From: a phage
Reading direction: 5' to 3' (one strand)
Sequence record: PX915677.1
DNA length: 64,000 bases
The notes beneath the pieces were generated by a model. That model searched no databases and was not told the DNA's origin. It was given only the letters and a program-made list of their open reading frames with translations. Each line of letters opens with the position of its first letter. The stretch's first letter is position 1. Positions 57,735-64,000 of the stretch are shown in pieces. The translations under genes were made by a program, and so were the position numbers.

Positions 57735-58024
57735 ACATCCTCCAATTAAACGTTTATATAAGACTTGCTTAGATAAAGATTCAATAAAATAGGGGGAGGG
57801 GACGAATCCTCCCTTATCCTATTAGTTAATATTGCATGTAAGATCTAACAATCGGTTGCCTTTGTAGGAATAAGCGTTATGCTAATCCAGCACTAAACTC
57901 CCGCCCCCTTAGTGGGCTGGGTTATTAAAGGGTAACGCCCTTATGGGCTAGTTACATGAATGTTAGTTTGATAGGAGATCTGAAGTCCTATCTCAAAGGA
58001 CTCTCGTAAGAATCCTTCACGATA

Positions 58025-58282
58025 TTACTTAAAGATAAAATGAATAACTGCATCATATGCTTTAAACAGAAGCCAACCTATTGGATAAAAAACTCCTGAC
58101 AGTATTGAGATAGGCCACAACACAATTAAGAGAACAACCATCATCTCATCAGGTTCAGAGCTGGTAGACCCTGTTGTAATGACCCCTTTTAGTAGACCTT
58201 TCTTGTATAGCAGTTTCATCACTAAGACAGAAAGGAATACTCCAATAAAGTAAACTGAGATAAAAATATCAAGTAAACCCAT
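58025..58282 (-). CDS. small multi-TM membrane protein
   Basis: 85 aa with hydrophobic segments FISVYFIGVFLSVLV and VVLLIVLWPISILSGVF. Confidence 0.4.
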   Translation of the reverse strand: MGLLDIFISVYFIGVFLSVLVMKLLYKKGLLKGVITTGSTSSEPDEMMVVLLIVLWPISILSGVFYPIGWLLFKAYDAVIHFIFK

Positions 58283-58434
58283 TTAATCGTCTCTTACTTG
58301 TTCAACTTTCGTCGGCTATCTCTCCAAGCCAACCAAGTGTAGGTTTTCAGTTCTTCAAAGTCTTCTGGAGAGAATAGATAATCTTTGAAGGTGTTCCCAA
58401 ACCACTCTAAAAATTCTTCAGTCATAAGATTCTC

Positions 58435-58608
58435 TTAACAAGATTGGTCACACGGCTGATCACCACATGTTTTACAGATCACTGGTGAGTAACTACAGGC
58501 AGGATAAACAGACACCCCATCAAACGTCTCACATCCACAATCAGGACATGTACCGTTGGATTCCATGTCATCATCGTCATCTACTTCACCGCCACCAAAA
58601 CAACTCAT
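58435..58608 (-). CDS. small Cys-rich protein (57 aa)
   Basis: MSCFGGGEVDDDDDMESNGTCPDCGCETFDG...CKTCGDQPCDQSC; SD aaggag; not in ORF track. Confidence 0.35.
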   Translation of the reverse strand: MSCFGGGEVDDDDDMESNGTCPDCGCETFDGVSVYPACSYSPVICKTCGDQPCDQSC

Positions 58609-58617
58609 ACAGGCTCC

Positions 58618-58839
58618 TTAGTAAACTAAACCTGTAGCCTTTGCATCAGGCTGAGGGACTACTTTTGCACTAGGGCGATAGCCATCCACTGAGCCGTTCC
58701 AAAGATTGACACAGGTGATATATCCATCGTCTATGATGTCTGTTTTAATCCAGAAGTGTTTATCATGACCAAAAATACTTCCGTTTGGCAGCGTGGACAA
58801 TTCAACAGTTTTAAGTGACTGCTTAGAGTCTAGTTTCAT
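58618..58839 (-). CDS. small protein, expanded paralog family
   Basis: LKTVELSTLPNGSIFGHDKHFWIKTD...CVNLWNGSV. Confidence 0.4.
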   Translation of the reverse strand: MKLDSKQSLKTVELSTLPNGSIFGHDKHFWIKTDIIDDGYITCVNLWNGSVDGYRPSAKVVPQPDAKATGLVY

Positions 58840-58848
58840 ATAAGTTCC

Positions 58849-59046
58849 TTAATATACCAAACCATGTAAAAGAAACATCCTCTTTGTAAGCTCTGCTTTA
58901 GCTCTGTAATAAGCCTTAGAACCTAACAGGCGGCTCTTAACAAAGAACTTAATGTCATTGCTAACATCTTGTATTAAACGCTCCTGTACAGTTTCTGAGG
59001 AGTTATTAATCGAATCAATTAACACCTTTGTAGATGTGTAATTCAT
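58849..59046 (-). CDS. hypothetical small protein
   Basis: Start at MNYTSTK, 1 nt after lipoprotein stop. Confidence 0.3.
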   Translation of the reverse strand: MNYTSTKVLIDSINNSSETVQERLIQDVSNDIKFFVKSRLLGSKAYYRAKAELTKRMFLLHGLVY

Positions 59047-59047
59047 A

Positions 59048-59347
59048 TCACCACTCCTTACCGGTTGTAATCGTAGAGCCACCACACCACAATGCTGTAT
59101 CAATAACAACATTATCCGGTGTAGACTTCTCTTCGTTGATAGAAGGGTTAGCATTAGAACAGGTTGCTCCGTTCCATCGCATATCAATTTCACCAGAAGG
59201 AATCTTCTCACCCTTATGCCAGCGAGAAACACAAACACCTTCCACTGCTACTGCACACCATCCATCAGGACGGCTCTGTACGCAGCCTGTAAGGGCTATG
59301 CAGACAAGGAAGATACAGATTAAGGATATTACACCACCCCAACTCAT
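59048..59347 (-). CDS. lipoprotein (Cys-rich)
   Basis: Signal peptide ISLICIFLVCIALTGC with lipobox LTGC. Confidence 0.5.
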   Translation of the reverse strand: MSWGGVISLICIFLVCIALTGCVQSRPDGWCAVAVEGVCVSRWHKGEKIPSGEIDMRWNGATCSNANPSINEEKSTPDNVVIDTALWCGGSTITTGKEW

Positions 59348-59366
59348 AATTACCTCCTATTAGATT

Positions 59367-59400
59367 TGGTGGACTATCTGGAATCGAACCAGAAGCTCAC
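59367..59400 (-). other. tRNA-like 3' fragment (T-arm plus acceptor-CCA), degenerate
   Basis: Minus-strand ...TCTGG-TTCGATT-CCAGA-TAGTCC-ACCA; no pairing 5' acceptor strand found by eye. Confidence 0.3.
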
Positions 59401-59487
59401 TAAGAAAGTAATTCCCACTGTTATAAAAGCACTTGCCTCAACAGGGATACACTAACTCTGGTGCCGCACCCATACTAGCCCTAAATG

Positions 59488-59563
59488 TGGTGCGCCCTAC
59501 AGGACTCGAACCTGTAACCAATAGCTTAGAAGGCTACTGCTCTATCCATTGAGCTAAGAGCGC
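59488..59563 (-). tRNA. tRNA-Arg (anticodon TCT)
   Basis: Hand-folded cloverleaf: acceptor GCGCTCT/AGGGCGC, D-arm GCTC-AATGGAT-AGAGC, anticodon loop CTTCTAA, T-arm ACAGG-TTCGAGT-CCTGT, encoded CCA. Confidence 0.8.
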
Positions 59564-59571
59564 AGAATTAT

Positions 59572-59736
59572 TTAGATCATATCTCGCTTGGTGATATGAC
59601 CACATGTTTTACATCGAAGTATATAACGAGTACCTGTGTCTTCTATTTGACCAATCTCATTATATATGTGTAAACGAATTTCTTTTATTGTCTCCCAATC
59701 ATGGAGATGGAAGAAACGTTTAAACCACTTGAACAT
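59572..59736 (-). CDS. hypothetical small CxxC protein
   Basis: Internal start MFKWFKRFFHLHDWE...; ends ..RCKTCGHITKRDMI. Confidence 0.25.
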   Translation of the reverse strand: MFKWFKRFFHLHDWETIKEIRLHIYNEIGQIEDTGTRYILRCKTCGHITKRDMI

Positions 59737-59743
59737 AATAACC

Positions 59744-59995
59744 TCAAGCACAAGCAGGGAGAGTGATGATTTTATGCTTACCGTCAAACTCTCCAAACAA
59801 ACCCAAGAATGTAGGACTGTAAGTTCCAGTGCAAACAAACTCATCAAACAATGCGTTATAGCTAGGCTTAATCTTCCAAGCCCATACATAACCCATCTTA
59901 TCGATTGCAATGTAACGAGTGTTCAGAGGAACAGTCATCATCACATCGTCAACTTCGATCACTTTAGTTATTGGTGCAGCTTGAAAGTTTTTCAT
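59744..59995 (-). CDS. hypothetical protein
   Basis: 83-aa ORF. Confidence 0.35.
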   Translation of the reverse strand: MKNFQAAPITKVIEVDDVMMTVPLNTRYIAIDKMGYVWAWKIKPSYNALFDEFVCTGTYSPTFLGLFGEFDGKHKIITLPACA

Positions 59996-60225
59996 TACAT
60001 TTCCTCTAATTTAAGAGTTGCTTTATACTCTGTAACTGGAACGTGCCCAGCGAATGAAAGCTTATGGGCAGGATGTGATAAATTTACAGAAAAACCTCCC
60101 CCAATCTTCATGTAGAACTTCTTTTTGTCCCAAGATGGGCACTCATCAAGTGAGAAGATTGATCCAACGCTCAAACCTCGGAAAGTCTTTTGGTCTGTTT
60201 TAGTTGAGCCTAGAATGATATTCAT
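59995..60225 (-). CDS. small protein, expanded paralog family
   Basis: FRGLSVGSIFSLDE...FSVNLSH; ATGA coupling with upstream small ORF. Confidence 0.4.
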   Translation of the reverse strand: MNIILGSTKTDQKTFRGLSVGSIFSLDECPSWDKKKFYMKIGGGFSVNLSHPAHKLSFAGHVPVTEYKATLKLEEM

Positions 60226-60398
60226 ACTTTACCTTTAATGAAAATGTCATTACCACAGACACAGCATGAACGAACAACAGTAGCGCCACGCTGAACGATA
60301 CGAACCTCTTCCTTAACCAGATTGACACGAGCGCCGCAGCAAGGAGAGTTGACATAAGAGTAACCAGCTTGAGTATTCTTGATTGTTTGATTAGACAT
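60222..60398 (-). CDS. small Cys-rich zinc-ribbon protein (58 aa)
   Basis: MSNQTIKNTQAGYSYVNSPCCGARVNLV...RSCCVCGNDIF; SD gaggaag; not in ORF track. Confidence 0.35.
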   Translation of the reverse strand: MSNQTIKNTQAGYSYVNSPCCGARVNLVKEEVRIVQRGATVVRSCCVCGNDIFIKGKV

Positions 60399-60442
60399 TT
60401 TAGCTTCCTCTTGTTAGTTTAAGTAAGAGTTGTCCCTTAATT

Positions 60443-60471
60443 AAAACAACAAAGGCCGCCTTCGGGCAGCC
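60443..60471 (-). terminator. rho-independent terminator (minus strand)
   Basis: ggcugcc-cgaa-ggcggcc stem (G-U pair valid on minus strand only) followed by UUUGUUGUUUU. Confidence 0.6.
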
Positions 60472-60476
60472 TCTCT

Positions 60477-60728
60477 TTATTGACTCACACCACGAATCAG
60501 ATGATTCTGTAGCGTCCCGTCTTCTGCATTATACAGGAATGCAAACATCAATTCTTTAGCCACATCTCTTGAACAATTAAGACACTTAGAGATTTGCGTT
60601 AGTTGCATGTTGCGTTCTGTGTGTTCCATCAAGGCAATGCGAATGATTTCTCGCATACCTATTACATGAACTGTTTTAACCGGCATAGGTCCAATTGCCT
60701 TGCTTGTTACGAATGGCTGACATTGCAT
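60477..60728 (-). CDS. hypothetical protein
   Basis: 83-aa ORF; start ambiguous (alternative ATG at 60686); overlapping 45-aa ORF 60676..60816 also possible. Confidence 0.3.
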   Translation of the reverse strand: MQCQPFVTSKAIGPMPVKTVHVIGMREIIRIALMEHTERNMQLTQISKCLNCSRDVAKELMFAFLYNAEDGTLQNHLIRGVSQ

Positions 60729-61136
60729 GAATCCAGAAGCCTTCCAGTTTCAGAGCACCATTAGCTACTGCATCCATACGTTCAGGGCGGTTCATACGTT
60801 TGGTTGATACTTTCATACCTATCTCTCTTTGTTAGTGGAGGCATTATTGCCAGTTGATATAAGGGATAGCCCTAGTCAGTAGACTAATCCTGACCGCGTA
60901 CTCATTGCCGACCTTCTCTGCCTAAGAGTTCAGGTTCTAGAGCTATCTCTTATCCCAACTGGTGAAGACTCCCTACCCCTAGGAAGTCTCCTGAATCCCA
61001 AACCAATACGTACCCCTACATATCAGAAAGTCTTTCGAAAATTAACAGGTTTTAGTCTAACACCGGATGTTCGAGCAAGCTCTCCCTAGCGGTGTGGCAT
61101 ATGCCTGAATTAATAAGTTAATGAGGAACACCCTCA

Positions 61137-61164
61137 CATAGCCCTCTGATAAACACAAGGGCTA
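61137..61164 (-). other. conserved stable hairpin element (copy 2)
   Basis: atagccct/agggctat 8-bp perfect stem with 12-nt loop just after stop of 61175..61393; preceded by the shared 13-mer. Confidence 0.4.
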
Positions 61165-61174
61165 TAAGTCGGTG

Positions 61175-61393
61175 TTACTTTTGGGATAAACACAGATCAG
61201 GTCGTGGCATAACAGTGGTTGATAGACCGAAGACTTCAACAGAACCACTGCTCAAGTTAGCAGCCTTACACAAACCATCAGGGGTTTTATCTTCTAGCAT
61301 CAGCCAGAAACGTTTATCATAAGAGAAAACATCACCACCTTTAACGTCCTCTGCATTTGCATATTTAGGATAATCAACTACTTTAATTTCCAT
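61175..61393 (-). CDS. small protein, expanded paralog family
   Basis: KGGDVFSYDKRFWLMLED...ANLSSGSV. Confidence 0.4.
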   Translation of the reverse strand: MEIKVVDYPKYANAEDVKGGDVFSYDKRFWLMLEDKTPDGLCKAANLSSGSVEVFGLSTTVMPRPDLCLSQK

Positions 61394-61403
61394 CTAATTG
61401 CCC

Positions 61404-61622
61404 TTATTGATATATAGAAAGGTGGATAAGTTTATTAACATGAGCGAAGTTAGGAAGGATTTGCATCTCATTGTTGAAGATATTAAAACAACGAACCCCG
61501 CCCTCTACAGCATAAGCAGATTTCTGAAACAGACTGCCTCCCCACACAAATACATCATGTGTTTCAAGAGATCGTAACTGAACAGCTTCGTCAACAATCT
61601 TCTTTTCAATGTTCATATTCAC
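61404..61622 (-). CDS. small protein, expanded paralog family (divergent)
   Basis: LRSLETHDVFVWGG... Confidence 0.35.
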   Translation of the reverse strand: MNMNIEKKIVDEAVQLRSLETHDVFVWGGSLFQKSAYAVEGGVRCFNIFNNEMQILPNFAHVNKLIHLSIYQ

Positions 61623-61870
61623 TTCCGATTGGTAATTACTGCATCATGGATAACTGAAACAGGTAAGTTTGAATCTAGCTTCATTACTTGATTGGTGCTT
61701 AAACTGAGCACTACACAACCATTCCGAAGATCAGTCTCTGACACATGTGGTGTATATAACTGAACGATCATGTAATAATCAATACATGTTGCCTTAACTT
61801 GGAATACATCACCAAGTTTCAAATCACCCACACACAATTCTTTAGCTTTCATCTCAAGATCAATCTTCAT
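61619..61870 (-). CDS. small protein, expanded paralog family
   Basis: LCVGDLKLGDVFQVKATCIDYYMI. Confidence 0.4.
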   Translation of the reverse strand: MKIDLEMKAKELCVGDLKLGDVFQVKATCIDYYMIVQLYTPHVSETDLRNGCVVLSLSTNQVMKLDSNLPVSVIHDAVITNRK

Positions 61871-62096
61871 CTTTAGCCTCTATGTTGGTTATGTGAAGAT
61901 CACTACGTACTTGGCAGACTTCATCCCGTTTAAAAGGCATGAGCTTTCCAGTTACCACATCAACACAGTTCACATAGTTATCTGCGTATAGTGTGTCGGT
62001 TCTAATATAAAGAGAGTCTTTACGCTCAAACAGAACCCCCGGCTTCATGTTATTTAAGCGAAGCATTGTACGATCGGATTTAATATTAACTTTCAT
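61860..62096 (-). CDS. small protein, expanded paralog family
   Basis: LRLNNMKPGVLFERKDSLYIRTD...CVDVVTGKL. Confidence 0.4.
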   Translation of the reverse strand: MKVNIKSDRTMLRLNNMKPGVLFERKDSLYIRTDTLYADNYVNCVDVVTGKLMPFKRDEVCQVRSDLHITNIEAKDED

Positions 62097-62098
62097 CT

Positions 62099-62356
62099 TT
62101 AATCCACCTTATTGGTAAGTCGAGCATTATCAACTACCTGAACAACAGTATCTTTTCTCAACATTGTTATTCTATCCGAAGTGAGATCTACTACTACTCT
62201 TTCGTCAGGCTTCCAACTAGCTGAATAAACGGTTGAGGAATCTAGCTTTACTGTAAGATATATTTTATTTTTAGGTGGAACAGTTTCAAAAACACTCCCC
62301 ACCTTCAGGTCTTTCAGTTGCTTGACTACAGGGGCTGTATTAATATCATGCTTCAT
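62099..62356 (-). CDS. small protein, expanded paralog family
   Basis: Start at MKHDINTAPVV with SD aggag; VKQLKDLKVGSVFETV... Confidence 0.4.
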   Translation of the reverse strand: MKHDINTAPVVKQLKDLKVGSVFETVPPKNKIYLTVKLDSSTVYSASWKPDERVVVDLTSDRITMLRKDTVVQVVDNARLTNKVD

Positions 62357-62642
62357 TGTTAATCTCCTGCTGCTTAGCAATAGCCACTCGTAAGTCTTCA
62401 TTAGCACGAGCAAGGCGCAACACTTCATGATTGAGGTTCTGAAGACGTTTGTTTCTGTCTTCAACTTGCATAATAAGATCGTTGAGTGTTACTTTAACTT
62501 TCTCGTTATACATCTCATCCACTCGAACTAGTGATTTATACATTCTCTCCCAGCTTGCTGCTTTGTTTCTGAGAACAATAAACCCTATAACGCTGATAGT
62601 TAAACAGCTTACAAAAAGGAATTTATATACTTCTAAAGTCAT
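62346..62642 (-). CDS. membrane-anchored coiled-coil protein
   Basis: N-terminal TM FLFVSCLTISVIGFIVL followed by heptad-rich helical region. Confidence 0.4.
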   Translation of the reverse strand: MTLEVYKFLFVSCLTISVIGFIVLRNKAASWERMYKSLVRVDEMYNEKVKVTLNDLIMQVEDRNKRLQNLNHEVLRLARANEDLRVAIAKQQEINNEA

Positions 62643-62841
62643 ATCATTTACCCTTTATCAGAGATTAAAAGTAATATTATTTAAGTAAGTTATATTTAGT
62701 AAACTTATTTTCTAAGAAATTTTCAAAGGGTCTATATACAGAGCATTACCCATAGTCCCAGAATACTGCCATCTTTTTCAATAAATTTACTAAGTGGTTG
62801 GTTTATAAAGGAATTTAGTTTGTCAAATCTGGCACTAGTGA

Positions 62842-63231
62842 TTATTCCCTAGAGCTATTATCGAACACTAAATCACCACAATACATAGGATTGGCATACC
62901 ATTTTGGCACCCCTTCGCTCTTACTCTGAAAGTAAGTCCCACTGTACAGCGGAACATAATTCTTCTTAAGGGCACGTTTAGCAAGTCGCTCGCTTTCTCC
63001 AATGGCTTGCTTAGTCATCGGATTTTTATCACGAATCAGCTTTACATAACGTTTATAAGGTTTCTCCTGTTTTAATAGTACCGGAATCCACTCAAACTGG
63101 TTCTTCTGTCTTATCACCTGTTCAGCGGTCAGTTTTCGTTGGGCCATTCTATTTATCACGGTATCCGCAACTAAAGCCTTACATGCGGTTGGCTGATTCC
63201 CTGCCTCATAATAAATAGTCAATGTCAACAT
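62842..63231 (-). CDS. SleB/CwlJ-like cell wall hydrolase domain protein
   Basis: TIYYEAGNQPTACKALVADTVINRM...EQVIRQKNQFEWI matches Hydrolase_2 (SleB) core pattern. Confidence 0.5.
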   Translation of the reverse strand: MLTLTIYYEAGNQPTACKALVADTVINRMAQRKLTAEQVIRQKNQFEWIPVLLKQEKPYKRYVKLIRDKNPMTKQAIGESERLAKRALKKNYVPLYSGTYFQSKSEGVPKWYANPMYCGDLVFDNSSRE

Positions 63232-63304
63232 TAGCTGTGCCGTTGTTATCAGAACTTGCTACCTCCTGTTTTGTTGTTTCAATAAACACCCTCGAAAAGA
63301 TGCT

Positions 63305-63334
63305 TATAGAAACACCCCTCCCTTTCGGGAGAGG
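63305..63334 (-). terminator. rho-independent terminator (minus strand)
   Basis: ccucuccc-gaaa-gggagggg stem (GNRA loop, one G-U) followed by U-rich GUGUUUCUAU. Confidence 0.55.
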
Positions 63335-63341
63335 CACTATC

Positions 63342-64000
63342 TTACCACTCGTAACTTACACCAGCGCCCAGAACAGCGTCACTCTCTGAAGTCATTGCCA
63401 CTGATGCTTTAGTTACTACGTTTTCATTGAAACGAGCACTAACACCAATAGCAAGAGCAGATTCACCATCGTAAGCACCTACCCCAGCACCAACAGAGAA
63501 AGCAGATCCTTGACTTACTTGCGGGATGTTAGCCATTGCAGCCACGCCAGAAATACCAGCAGAGGCATGATCACGGTTACGGTCTACTTGTTTTTGCAAA
63601 GAAGCAAAACGTTTATTGGTGGATTGTTCCAGAGCTTTGATGGATTTGGCGTTAGCATTAACGGCAGACATATCTGCATCTTTACCATTTTTGCCATTTA
63701 ATCCGTCAACGCCATTCAAACCTGCTGCACCAGTTAGGCCAGTTTCGCCTCTCTTACCATCTGCACCAGAATCACCTTTTTCACCTTGAGCGCCTTGTTC
63801 TCCATCAATGCCATCTTTACCATCAATGCCATCTTTACCATCAATGCCATCTTTACCATCAATGCCATCTTTACCATCAATGCCATCTTTACCATCAATG
63901 CCATCTTTACCATCAATGCCATCTTTACCATCAATGCCATCTTTACCATCAATGCCATCTTTACCATCAATGCCATCTTTACCATCAATGCCATCTTTAC
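63342..64000 (-). CDS. collagen-like repeat protein with YadA-anchor-like C-terminal domain (5' partial, continues beyond window)
   Basis: Frame of listed ORF 63342..63719 stays open upstream through uninterrupted Gly-X-Y triplets (GET GLT GAA ... then (GKDGID)n); C-terminus GVAAMANIPQ...GAGVSYEW resembles trimeric autotransporter anchor. Confidence 0.55.
   Translation of the reverse strand, partial: KDGIDGKDGIDGKDGIDGKDGIDGKDGIDGKDGIDGKDGIDGKDGIDGKDGIDGKDGIDGKDGIDGEQGAQGEKGDSGADGKRGETGLTGAAGLNGVDGLNGKNGKDADMSAVNANAKSIKALEQSTNKRFASLQKQVDRNRDHASAGISGVAAMANIPQVSQGSAFSVGAGVGAYDGESALAIGVSARFNENVVTKASVAMTSESDAVLGAGVSYEW
63802..64000. repeat. perfect 18-bp tandem repeat array, at least 10 copies, truncated by window end
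   Basis: Unit ccatctttaccatcaatg repeated head-to-tail from 63811; encodes (GKDGID)n on the minus strand. Confidence 0.9.

Noticed and set aside
59367-59475. Second complete tRNA gene next to tRNA-Arg
   Set aside because: The T-arm and CCA end are present, but I could not pair a 7-bp acceptor stem or find D/anticodon arms by hand; reported only as a tRNA-like fragment
59666-60115. 149-aa plus-strand ORF in the early region (also 37260..37757 and 5543..5914)
   Set aside because: Runs antisense across several minus-strand genes that have their own SDs and coupling; the whole block is otherwise uniformly minus-strand
63734-63994. Listed ORF translating as MALMVK repeats
   Set aside because: It is the wrong frame of the 18-bp tandem repeat; the frame continuous with the downstream anchor domain encodes collagen-like Gly-X-Y triplets
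63802-64000. Possible CRISPR array
   Set aside because: Repeats are directly adjacent with no spacers, 18 bp long, and lie within a coding frame

Overview
The window is a contiguous piece of a virulent tailed dsDNA phage genome with enterobacterial-type codon usage; gene content and layout resemble phiEco32-like podoviruses (my recollection, not a database search). Two convergent transcription blocks meet at about 22.65 kb. The + strand (1-22.6 kb) is the virion/lysis module: capsid C-terminus with a -1 frameshift Ig-like extension, tail fibers, endolysin, SLT transglycosylase, Gln/Asn-rich internal proteins and a 1474-aa protein. The - strand (22.7-64 kb) is the early/replication module: T7-like primase-helicase, a family A DNA polymerase split into separate exonuclease and polymerase genes, FEN exonuclease, PhoH, ThyX-like, dCTP deaminase, thioredoxin, Dam methylase, a phage sigma factor, macro domain, Dps-like protein, CCA-type nucleotidyltransferase, tRNA-Arg, four HNH homing endonucleases and many small paralogous ORFs. 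The strongest candidate for an undescribed system is a roughly 10-kb operon (45.6-55.2 kb) combining a class-II glutamine amidotransferase (apparent ATT start), two glutamine-synthetase-like amidoligases, an ATP-grasp ligase and a GGCT-like protein with several unknown partners. Also notable are a recurring TAATGTATA promoter-like motif, an expanded family of at least 10 small paralogs, and a collagen-like/YadA-anchor-like gene with perfect 18-bp tandem repeats at the window edge. No integrase, repressor, CRISPR array or rRNA was seen. All domain calls are from motif recognition by eye, and coordinates of start-adjusted and small ORFs are hand-derived.
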